NCBI GenBank assembly: GCA_964392865.1
Contig: CAYMRJ010000003.1
Location: forward strand, 24,591 to 88,590
DNA length: 64,000 bases
Source: an uncultured Staphylococcaceae bacterium
GTDB lineage: Bacteria; Bacillota_I; Bacilli_A; RFN20; CAG-826
Direction: 5' to 3'
In this document: positions 8,094-16,338 of the stretch, piece by piece
How the letters are laid out: each line of letters opens with the position of its first letter
How positions within the stretch are numbered: the first letter of the stretch is position 1
Translations under genes and position numbers: made by a program
The notes under the pieces: generated by a model
Told to the model about the DNA's origin: nothing
What the model saw: only the letters and a program-made list of their open reading frames with translations
The model's database searches: none

Positions 8094-9973
8094 AGTCCGA
8101 GTTCCTCCTTGCTAAGCTGGCTGAGGGCGATGTCGCGGTAAAGCGGGCAGGTCTTCAATAGTTCCTTATGGGTCCCGATGCCGACGGCTTTGCCGTCCTT
8201 GAGGACGACGATCTTATCGGCGTCCATGATGGTCCCGATCCTCTGGGCGACTATCAGCTTCGTGGCGTCTTTTTCTTCGGCGGCGAGATTGTCCCTGATC
8301 TTCCGGTCGGTCTTGTAGTCGAGGGCGCTGAAGCTATCGTCGAAGACGTATATCTCCGGCTTATTGGCGACGGCCCTTGCGATGCATAACCTTTGCTTCT
8401 GGCCGCCGGAGACGTTCTTCCCGCCTTGGGCGATGTTGGCGTCGATCCCGCCTTCCATGTTCTTCACGAAGTCGGCCGAAGCGATCTTAAGGGCGCGCTC
8501 GCACTCTTCGTCGGTAAGAGGCTCTTCCCTCCCGAGGCCGACGTTGTCCCTGACGGTCCCGTGGAAAAGGAAGGCTCTCTGCGGCACATAGCCGAAGAGC
8601 TTCTTGAGGGTGCTTTGCTTCATGTTCCGGACATCGACCCCGTCGACCAAGACGGCCCCTTCGGTCACGTCATATAGCCGGAGCGAGAGTTGGATGAGGC
8701 TCGATTTGCCGGAGCCCGTCGGGCCGATGAAGGCGACCGTATCGCCTTTGTTGGCCTTGAAGGAAATGTGCTCGATGACGTTTTCGGCCGCATCGGGGTA
8801 GCAGAAGGAAACGTCGCGGAATTCGATGGTCCCTTTTTCCTTGAGGGGCTCCTCCACTTCCGGATCAGTGATGGAGGGCAAGGTCCCGAGGACCTCGTTG
8901 ATGCGCCTAGCCGAAACGGAGGCGCGGGGCCAAAGGACGAACATCATCAGAAGCATCATGAAGCTCATGATGATCTGGGTCCCGAGCATCATGAAGGACG
9001 TGACGGTGGCGTAATCGATGCTGCCCGCATCGATGAGGGTGGCCCCGACCCAATAGATAGCCAGGGTCAGGCCGTTCATGATGAGGGTCATGGCCGGGGA
9101 CATCAGCGCCATGACTTCGCCCGTGAAGAGATTGGCTTTTGTTAGATCGTCATTGGCCTTTTCAGACTTTTCTTCCTGATAGCCTTCGGCATTGTAGGCA
9201 TGGACGACCCTGATGCCGGTGAGGTTTTCGCGGGTCACGCCGTTTAGCTTATCGATGAACTTCTGCATCTTCTTGAACCGCGGGATGACGGTCAGCATGA
9301 TGGCAAGGACGACCACGACCAGAGCCAAAATGGCGATGGCCGAAACTAGGGTCAATTGGCTCGAAGAGGCCTGGATTTTGACGATGGCCCAGATGGCGGT
9401 GATGGGCGCGGCCAAGACCATGCGGATGAGCATGATGTTGGCGATCTGGACCTGCTGGATGTCGTTGGTGGTTCTGGTAATCAAAGAAGCGGTGCTGAAG
9501 GCATTGGTCTCGGCCGGCCCGTAGGAAGAGCAGCGGCTCACCAAGGCCGTCCTCAAAGAGGTGGCCTGGTCGGCGGCGATGCGGCTGGCGAAGACGCTGA
9601 TGATGCCTTGGACAAGGAAGATGCCAAGGGCCAGTAGGACCATCATCCCGCCTTCCCACCAAATCTGGCTGGTAGTAGCGGTCGCATAGGTATATAGGAG
9701 GCTTCCCATCGTGCTTCCGTAGGCGGAAACGAGGGCGCTTTCGCCCATTTCGGCGATGGCGTCGAAGCCGCCGAGGCTTTCGACGAGGGCGGCGAAATCG
9801 GTTCCCAGGCTTTCGGGGTTATTGCGGTAATTGAGGTTGGTGATGGCCGTGACGATCCCGCTGATGCGGTCGGTCATGCTCATCGTGCAATAGACCTGGA
9901 GGATGGTTAGCCCGAGTATGAGGGCCAAAAGAAACCAGTCGAGAGGCCTAAGCCTCTTATAAAGTCTGAACAT
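8090..9973 (-). CDS. ABC exporter, fused permease/ATPase half-transporter (degenerate catalytic residue)
   Basis: 627 aa with Walker A GPTGSGKSS and signature SGGQKQ. Walker B is YVFDDSFSALD, so Asp replaces the catalytic Glu. It overlaps its partner by 4 nt, as in heterodimeric exporters with one degenerate site. Confidence 0.9.
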   Translation of the reverse strand: MFRLYKRLRPLDWFLLALILGLTILQVYCTMSMTDRISGIVTAITNLNYRNNPESLGTDFAALVESLGGFDAIAEMGESALVSAYGSTMGSLLYTYATATTSQIWWEGGMMVLLALGIFLVQGIISVFASRIAADQATSLRTALVSRCSSYGPAETNAFSTASLITRTTNDIQQVQIANIMLIRMVLAAPITAIWAIVKIQASSSQLTLVSAIAILALVVVVLAIMLTVIPRFKKMQKFIDKLNGVTRENLTGIRVVHAYNAEGYQEEKSEKANDDLTKANLFTGEVMALMSPAMTLIMNGLTLAIYWVGATLIDAGSIDYATVTSFMMLGTQIIMSFMMLLMMFVLWPRASVSARRINEVLGTLPSITDPEVEEPLKEKGTIEFRDVSFCYPDAAENVIEHISFKANKGDTVAFIGPTGSGKSSLIQLSLRLYDVTEGAVLVDGVDVRNMKQSTLKKLFGYVPQRAFLFHGTVRDNVGLGREEPLTDEECERALKIASADFVKNMEGGIDANIAQGGKNVSGGQKQRLCIARAVANKPEIYVFDDSFSALDYKTDRKIRDNLAAEEKDATKLIVAQRIGTIMDADKIVVLKDGKAVGIGTHKELLKTCPLYRDIALSQLSKEELGL

Positions 9974-9975
9974 AG

Positions 9976-10443
9976 CTATCTATCTTTGTGGCAGCGGCAT
10001 CCCTTTTCCTTCTTCTTGGCCACGATCCTTTCGAGGATGGTTAGAAGGGCGAGGGCGTCTTCCTCCCCGATTTCTTCGAGAAGCACCCCGCATTCGGCGA
10101 CGATCATGGCCGTTTCCTCTTCGGCGAAGAGGCGGCCTTTTTCGGTGAGGGCCACCACGTGCTTCCGCTTGTCTTCGCTTTGGGGGACGAAGTCGAGATA
10201 GCCTTTGTCGCCGAGGCGCTTGAGGCTATTGGCGACCCTATTCGTCGTGAAGCGGAGGGTCTTGGCGATATCGCCCGGGCAAAGGGGGACATCGCTATGG
10301 TATATGACCATCAAAACGGCCCCTTCCCCGCGGCCGACGCCGCTGGTGACCTTCCCCAGAGGTCCCGGGGCGAATTCCTTGACGATGTTCGTCATGCGCA
10401 AGGCGAATTCTTCGGGAGTCAACATATCGCTGCCTTTATTCAC
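9976..10443 (-). CDS. MarR family transcriptional regulator
   Basis: 155 aa with a winged-HTH-like segment DIAKTLRFTTNRVANSLKRLGDKGYL...DKRKHVVALTEKG. The start may be the GTG at 10443 or the ATG at 10425. Confidence 0.8.
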   Translation of the reverse strand: MNKGSDMLTPEEFALRMTNIVKEFAPGPLGKVTSGVGRGEGAVLMVIYHSDVPLCPGDIAKTLRFTTNRVANSLKRLGDKGYLDFVPQSEDKRKHVVALTEKGRLFAEEETAMIVAECGVLLEEIGEEDALALLTILERIVAKKKEKGCRCHKDR

Positions 10444-10449
10444 GACGTG

Positions 10450-10477
10450 AGTATACGCCTGCGCGGCAACTTGTAAA
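10450..10477 (-). promoter_or_regulatory. candidate promoter of the marR-ABC operon (TTTACA-N16-TATACT)
   Basis: Read on the minus strand. The -10 ends 6 nt before the GTG at 10443. Confidence 0.4.
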
Positions 10478-10518
10478 TAGAAGGCTGCGTTACAATTGGA
10501 AAAATCGGCTTAACGGAT

Positions 10519-10561
10519 GGACAAAAAGGGCCCTCTTGTCCAAAAAACGGACACGTGTCCG
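10519..10561. promoter_or_regulatory. two palindromes sharing GGACA/TGTCC arms (candidate operator or activator sites)
   Basis: GGACAA-N11-TTGTCC at 10519-10541 and the perfect 14-mer CGGACACGTGTCCG at 10548-10561. The second ends 8 nt upstream of the -35 of the downstream ABC operon. Confidence 0.45.
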
Positions 10562-10569
10562 AAAACTGC

Positions 10570-10598
10570 TTGAAAATCAAAATCGTCTCTCTTAGAAG
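10570..10598 (+). promoter_or_regulatory. candidate promoter TTGAAA-N17-TAGAAG, -10 ending 8 nt before the ATG
   Basis: Hexamers read directly from the sequence. No Shine-Dalgarno precedes the ATG at 10607. Confidence 0.45.
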
Positions 10599-10606
10599 AT
10601 AAAGCC

Positions 10607-11308
10607 ATGAGCTACGTCGAATCCCGCAACGCCACCAGATACTTCGGCCAAGACGAAACCTTGGTCAAGGCCGTCGACGGCATGACCTTCTCGATCGAAG
10701 AAGGCTCCTTTGCCGTCATACTCGGCCCCTCGGGCGCCGGCAAGACGACCCTTTTGAATCTCTTGGGCGGCATGGATTCCCTAACGGGCGGGAACATCTT
10801 CGTCGGCGGGACCGATTTGGCCGGTCTTTCGAAACGGGAACTCACCTTGTACCGGCGCCGCGACGTCGGCTTCGTCTTCCAGTTCTACAATCTCATGCCG
10901 AACCTCACGGCCAGGGAAAACGTCGAACTCGCGACCGAGATCTGCCCCGATGCGCTCCCGATCGACGAGACTTTGGCCTCCGTCGGTTTGGCCGATCGGG
11001 CCAAGAACTTCCCGGCCCAGCTCTCGGGCGGCGAGCAGCAAAGGGTCTCGATCGCCAGAGCCATCGCCAAGAATCCGAAGATATTGCTTTGCGACGAGCC
11101 GACCGGGGCTTTGGATTACAAGACCGGCAAATTGATCTTGGGACTATTGGGCAGCATCGCCCGCGACCAGAAGAAAACCGTCATCGTCGTGACCCACAAT
11201 GCCGCCATCGCCGAAATGGCCGATAGGGTCCTTAGGGTCAAAAACGGAAAGATCGAAGAAGACTACAGCAATCCGAATCCCAAGCCGGCCGATCTCCTGG
11301 AGTGGTAG
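10607..11308 (+). CDS. ABC transporter ATP-binding protein (MacB/FtsE/LolD-like)
   Basis: 233 aa with [17 protein letters not shown] and [11 protein letters not shown]. Confidence 0.92.
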   Translation: MSYVESRNATRYFGQDETLVKAVDGMTFSIEEGSFAVILGPSGAGKTTLLNLLGGMDSLTGGNIFVGGTDLAGLSKRELTLYRRRDVGFVFQFYNLMPNLTARENVELATEICPDALPIDETLASVGLADRAKNFPAQLSGGEQQRVSIARAIAKNPKILLCDEPTGALDYKTGKLILGLLGSIARDQKKTVIVVTHNAAIAEMADRVLRVKNGKIEEDYSNPNPKPADLLEW

Positions 11309-11311
11309 CCG

Positions 11312-13255
11312 ATGCGGAAGGCCTTCTTAACCTCGGTCCTGAAGCTATACAAGAAGGAGTGGGCGCGCCTCCTCCTTCTTATCGGTGTGAACCTCGTAGG
11401 CGTCGGCGTGATGTCGGGCCTAGGGCCCGCCGGAGACGTCCTCCAGAATTCCTATAGCGGCAAGATGCGGGATGCGAATACGCCCGACATCATCGCTTTG
11501 AATTCGGGTTCTTCTGCTTTGGACGAGGAACTCATCGAAGAAATTGAAAACCTCGACGGAGTCACCGCCTGCGAGACCTATTTCACGATGCCCTACCAAG
11601 ACGGGGCCGGCGATTACTACCAGTACTACATCTACGACTACGCGAACATGGAGATCGGAAAGCCCGACCTCTTGGAAGGCGCTTATCCCACCGGCGAATA
11701 CGAAATCGCCGTAGAAACCCCGGGGAATGTCCTAGATGCCTATGAAATCGGGGACGTCATCCACATCGATTTCGAGACTTCCTTCGTCTACACCGTGGAC
11801 CTCATGGGCTACTCCATCGATCTGACCCTCGCCATTTCCCACGAAGGCGATTACACCGTCACCGGGATTCTTAGCAATGCGATGTACGGGGATTACAACA
11901 ACTACCCCTCTCTTCTGGATAGCGAGACCAACATGAAGGGCATCTTCTACTTCTCGGACTCGCTAAGGGATGTCTCCATCTCCCTGCGCCTCGCCGATAG
12001 CCTCCCCGTCCTCGGAAACCTCGACATACCTTTGGACGGGGTCATCGAATACGATCTCCCCGACAACGCCTTGGCCATAAGGACCGGCGATTTCGATTCG
12101 TATTCGATCTACTCGGACGACTACGCTGCGAAAATCGACGGGGTCGTAACGGACCTCGAAACCCTGCTCGGGAGCGACTTCACCTTTTTGACTTACGAAG
12201 AGAATGCCGCCTGCGTATCCATAGAAGCCTATGCCGACAAGGTATCTTCCCTAAGCTACATCCTCTCGGTCTTCTTCATCGCCGTCGTCGCCCTTGTCAT
12301 CGCCTCGACCCTCATGCGTTTGGTCGAGGAAGAAAGGGGTATCATCGCCTGCTATAGAAGCCTCGGGGTCGGGACGGGCAGCATCGGGGCGAAATACGCT
12401 TCCTTTGCCCTCGTTTCCATCGTGGCAGGGGCGCTTCTAGGCTACTTCATGGTCGGCGAAGCCGTCTTGGCCGTCATCTATTCGGCCTTCACGACGAGCT
12501 ACGCCATGCCGACGATGACGAGCGTGCGCTCCCCACTCTTCGGGATCGTCGCCACCATCGTCACGTGCGCCGTGGCTTTGATTTCGACCGTCTTGGTTCT
12601 CTATAAGTCCCTGAAGGAAACTCCCGCAACGTTGCTCCTTCCCAAAGCCCCGAAGGCCGGGCGGACCATCTTGCTAGAAAGGATCAAGCCGATCTGGAAG
12701 CGCCTTTCCTTCAAGATGAAGTCGATGTTCCGCAATCTCTTCCGCCATCCCCTTAGGTCGGCTTTGACCCTCATCGTCGTCGCCGGCTCGACCGTCCTCT
12801 TCTTCGCCGGCTTCGGGGTCCTCAATGCCTCCTTGTTCGGCGATACCCCGAACGCTGGGATCATCTCCTACGTCGCCGTCGTCATCATCGCCGTCGCAGC
12901 CCTTTTGTCAGTACTTGTACTGACTACCGTCACCAATATCTCGGTTTCGGAGAAAAACCGCGAGATCGCGACCCTGATGGTCTTGGGTTACAGAGATGAC
13001 GAAGTGTCCCTTTACGTCTACCGGGAAATCGACTTCTTGGCCATCGTCGGGATCGTCGTCGGGATGCCATTAGGGGTTCTCTTCATCATGTTTGTCTTCG
13101 ACTTTGTCGATTTCGGTAAGCTCGCGGACATCCAGTGGTGGGCCTATATCGTCGTCCCCGTTTTGGAATTCATCATGATGATCGTGAGCAACCTCGTGAT
13201 GCTACCCAAGATTCGGAATACCGACATGAACGGTTCCCTCAAGGCCGTCGAATGA
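11312..13255 (+). CDS. ABC transporter permease, FtsX/MacB-like with large extracytoplasmic domain
   Basis: 647 aa. An N-terminal TM is followed by a soluble region of about 270 aa, then two blocks of TM helices. It lies 3 nt after the ATPase gene. Confidence 0.8.
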   Translation: MRKAFLTSVLKLYKKEWARLLLLIGVNLVGVGVMSGLGPAGDVLQNSYSGKMRDANTPDIIALNSGSSALDEELIEEIENLDGVTACETYFTMPYQDGAGDYYQYYIYDYANMEIGKPDLLEGAYPTGEYEIAVETPGNVLDAYEIGDVIHIDFETSFVYTVDLMGYSIDLTLAISHEGDYTVTGILSNAMYGDYNNYPSLLDSETNMKGIFYFSDSLRDVSISLRLADSLPVLGNLDIPLDGVIEYDLPDNALAIRTGDFDSYSIYSDDYAAKIDGVVTDLETLLGSDFTFLTYEENAACVSIEAYADKVSSLSYILSVFFIAVVALVIASTLMRLVEEERGIIACYRSLGVGTGSIGAKYASFALVSIVAGALLGYFMVGEAVLAVIYSAFTTSYAMPTMTSVRSPLFGIVATIVTCAVALISTVLVLYKSLKETPATLLLPKAPKAGRTILLERIKPIWKRLSFKMKSMFRNLFRHPLRSALTLIVVAGSTVLFFAGFGVLNASLFGDTPNAGIISYVAVVIIAVAALLSVLVLTTVTNISVSEKNREIATLMVLGYRDDEVSLYVYREIDFLAIVGIVVGMPLGVLFIMFVFDFVDFGKLADIQWWAYIVVPVLEFIMMIVSNLVMLPKIRNTDMNGSLKAVE

Positions 13256-13287
13256 CAAGTCCCTCTCTAGAGGGATATACTTAGCCG

Positions 13288-16200
13288 GTGCCTTACTTTC
13301 CCCTCCGCTTCCGCAGTGCCTACGCCTATCTTCGCAGTGCCCTGAAGCCCGAGGTCGCCGCCGCCTATTGCGATAGGCTCGGCTACAAAGCCTTGGGGAT
13401 AAGCGATCCCGATGCCATGAACGGCTACGCGCCGTTTGCCAGCGCCTGCCGCAAAAAGAAAATCAAACCCGTTTTCGGGATCGACATCGTTACCGAATTA
13501 GGGCCTTTTTCCCTATACGCATTAAGCGAAGAGGGATACCGCAACCTCCTTTTTGTCTTCTCTTTGTGCGGCCAAGGCGAAATCGCTTCTTCTGACCTCA
13601 AGGGCCACGAAAGCGGGGTGGCCATCGTCTATGACGGCCATAATTCCCGCTGGAGAAAGGACAACTTTGCCAAAGAGGAAGATTACGCCTTGAAGCTAAG
13701 CCGCTTCATGGAAGGCTACGCCCTCCATTACATCGGCATCCCCTATCTTCCCCTCGAAGCCTCTTATGTCGAAAAACTGAGGGAATTCGCCTCTTCCCAT
13801 TCCTACAAGGCCATCGCCCACGGGCTGGCCCTTTATGCCACTGAAGACGATAAGCTGACCCTCGACATATTGGAGGCCATCGCCGAGGAAAGAAACCTCG
13901 ATCCCGAGGCCCCGGCCGCCAAAGGCTTCGACCATCTCCTAAGCAAAAAGGAAGCCGAGGAGTACTTCACCGCCGATGAAATCGCTTGCCTGGACGAAAT
14001 CCTGGAAGTCGATTCCTTCGAATATTCCAAAAAGAGAGGCGAACTCCTCCATTTTCCTCTGGAAAACGAGACAGCCGCCGAGGCCTTGAGGCGCCTATCC
14101 TACGAAGGCCTCGAAAAGAAAAATCCTGGCTTCGGTGACGAATACAAACAAAGACTCGATTACGAGCTAAGCGTCATCGAAAAGATGGGCTATGACGACT
14201 ATTTCCTCATCGTCGCCGACTACGTCTCCTACGCCAAAACACACGGCATTTCCGTCGGCCCCGGCAGGGGCTCGGCCGGCGGGAGCCTCGTGGCCTACGC
14301 CATTGATATAACCGAAGCCGATCCGATCCGCTACGGATTGCTCTTCGAACGTTTCCTGAATCCCCAAAGGACCTCGATGCCCGATATCGACGTCGACTTC
14401 TCCGATATCGATAGGGATAAGGTCATTGCCTACATTTCCCGGAAATACGGACCGGAAAAGGTGGCCCACGTCATCACCACTTCGAACATCCAGGCCAAGC
14501 AAAGCCTTCGCGACGTCGGGAGGGTCTATGGCTTCCCCGACCGCGATATATCCCTGATCGGAGATACGATTCAGGGCAAAGCGCGCCTTTTGACCCTCCG
14601 CGATAATTACCGCAAGACCCCGAATTTCAAGAAACTCGTCGATAGCGATCCCTATTTTCTGAAGATCGTGAGCCTCGCCAGCAAAATCGAAGGCTTCCCG
14701 AGGCAAGCCGGCCTCCACGCCGCCGGCATCATCGTCGATCAGAACCCCTTGGCCTCTTCCCTGCCTCTCAAAATCGATCCGGAAGAAGGCCCGGTCGCCT
14801 GCCTCGAAAAGGACTACCTCGAAGAGCAGGGCTTTTTGAAAATGGACCTCCTCGGCCTGACCAACCTTTCGATGGTCGACCTCTGCCTCGAACTCTACAG
14901 GAAGCACGGTGGAAAGGCTTTGAGGCGTCAGGACCTTCCCTATGACGACAAAGAAGCGATTGCCCTGATTGCCAAAGGCCAGACGGCCGGCATCTTCCAG
15001 TTAGAAAGCGAAGGCATCAACCGGGCCATCGCCGATATCAAGCCGGAGACCTTCGAGGAATTAGCCGCCCTCATCGCCTTGTACAGGCCGGGCCCCATGG
15101 AACAGATCCCTTCTTTCGCCAAACGCAAGAAGGGGTACGAAAAAGTCACCTACCCCTCACCTGTTTTGGAGAGCATCCTCAAGGAAACCTACGGGATCGT
15201 CGTCTACCAGGAGCAGGTCATGGGCATCGCCGTAACCTATGCCGGATTCCCCTATAGCGAGGCCGATCTCTTCAGGCGGGCCATTTCCAAGAAAAACGCC
15301 TCGGTCCTTCTTTCTCTGAAAGAAAGCTTCTTCGAAGGCGCGAGGAAACTAGGCCATGGGGATAAGGAAATCCAAGGCGTCTATTCCCTCCTCGAGAAAT
15401 TTGCTTCCTACGGCTTCAACAAAAGCCATGCCGTCACATACGCCATGCTGACGGGCCAAATGGCTTATCTCAAGAAAGCCATGCCCGGCGAATTCTATAG
15501 CGCCATCATGAGCGCCTATAAACCCAAGGATCCGAAATTCGCCGGAGCCCTGAAGGAAGCCAAAGCCAGGGGCCTGAAACTTGCCTGCCCCGATATCAAC
15601 AAATCGGGCATGGCCATCGAAAACTTCGGCGATACCTTGACCTTGGGCCTTTCCTACATCGGCGGACTCAGCGGAAACCTTCTGATCGATCTCATTTCGG
15701 AACGCGAAATGAACGGCCCCTACAAGGACATCTATGACCTCGCCGTGAGGAGCCGCCGCTACGGATTGAAGCTGGTCGGCCTCGTGAAGCTCATCGACGC
15801 CGGGGCCTTGGATTGCTTCGGCGAAACCAGAGCCACCCTCAGGGGCGCCGCCGGCGGAGCCGACGGCTATGCCGCCATGCTGACGGGCGAAGACGGGCAA
15901 GGGTCATTGCTAGATCTGGGCCTTCCGCCTCCGGCCTTGGACCGCCGCGAGGAAGACCGCCTCACGGCCCTTAACGAAGAAAAAGCCGTCTTAGGCATCC
16001 TTTGTTCTGGCTCCTTGCTCTTCCCTTACGAAAAGCAATTGGAGGGCAGCGGGGCTATTCCCTTATCGGAACTAGACAACCAGCACGGCGAATTCCTGAC
16101 CCGCGGCATCGTTTCGGATATAAGGGCCATTACGACGAGGAAAGGAAGCCAGATGGCATTCCTCCGTATCTTCGACGACGATGGCGAAGCCGATTTCACT

Positions 16201-16338
16201 CTCTTCCAGGAAAACTACCTCAGCTTTTCCCGCTTCCTCAAAAACGGAAAGGCCTTGCTGATAAAGGCCAGACCCGAAGTCTATCAGGGCAAGAAAAGCT
16301 ACATCGCCACCCAGATCAAGGAGCTATCAGATGCCTAG
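13288..16338 (+). CDS. dnaE: DNA polymerase III alpha subunit (DnaE-type)
   Basis: 1016 aa with GPGRGSAGGSLVAY, MPDIDVDF, KMDLLGL, FNKSHA and a C-terminal OB-like region. GTG start. Confidence 0.93.
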   Translation: MPYFPLRFRSAYAYLRSALKPEVAAAYCDRLGYKALGISDPDAMNGYAPFASACRKKKIKPVFGIDIVTELGPFSLYALSEEGYRNLLFVFSLCGQGEIASSDLKGHESGVAIVYDGHNSRWRKDNFAKEEDYALKLSRFMEGYALHYIGIPYLPLEASYVEKLREFASSHSYKAIAHGLALYATEDDKLTLDILEAIAEERNLDPEAPAAKGFDHLLSKKEAEEYFTADEIACLDEILEVDSFEYSKKRGELLHFPLENETAAEALRRLSYEGLEKKNPGFGDEYKQRLDYELSVIEKMGYDDYFLIVADYVSYAKTHGISVGPGRGSAGGSLVAYAIDITEADPIRYGLLFERFLNPQRTSMPDIDVDFSDIDRDKVIAYISRKYGPEKVAHVITTSNIQAKQSLRDVGRVYGFPDRDISLIGDTIQGKARLLTLRDNYRKTPNFKKLVDSDPYFLKIVSLASKIEGFPRQAGLHAAGIIVDQNPLASSLPLKIDPEEGPVACLEKDYLEEQGFLKMDLLGLTNLSMVDLCLELYRKHGGKALRRQDLPYDDKEAIALIAKGQTAGIFQLESEGINRAIADIKPETFEELAALIALYRPGPMEQIPSFAKRKKGYEKVTYPSPVLESILKETYGIVVYQEQVMGIAVTYAGFPYSEADLFRRAISKKNASVLLSLKESFFEGARKLGHGDKEIQGVYSLLEKFASYGFNKSHAVTYAMLTGQMAYLKKAMPGEFYSAIMSAYKPKDPKFAGALKEAKARGLKLACPDINKSGMAIENFGDTLTLGLSYIGGLSGNLLIDLISEREMNGPYKDIYDLAVRSRRYGLKLVGLVKLIDAGALDCFGETRATLRGAAGGADGYAAMLTGEDGQGSLLDLGLPPPALDRREEDRLTALNEEKAVLGILCSGSLLFPYEKQLEGSGAIPLSELDNQHGEFLTRGIVSDIRAITTRKGSQMAFLRIFDDDGEADFTLFQENYLSFSRFLKNGKALLIKARPEVYQGKKSYIATQIKELSDA

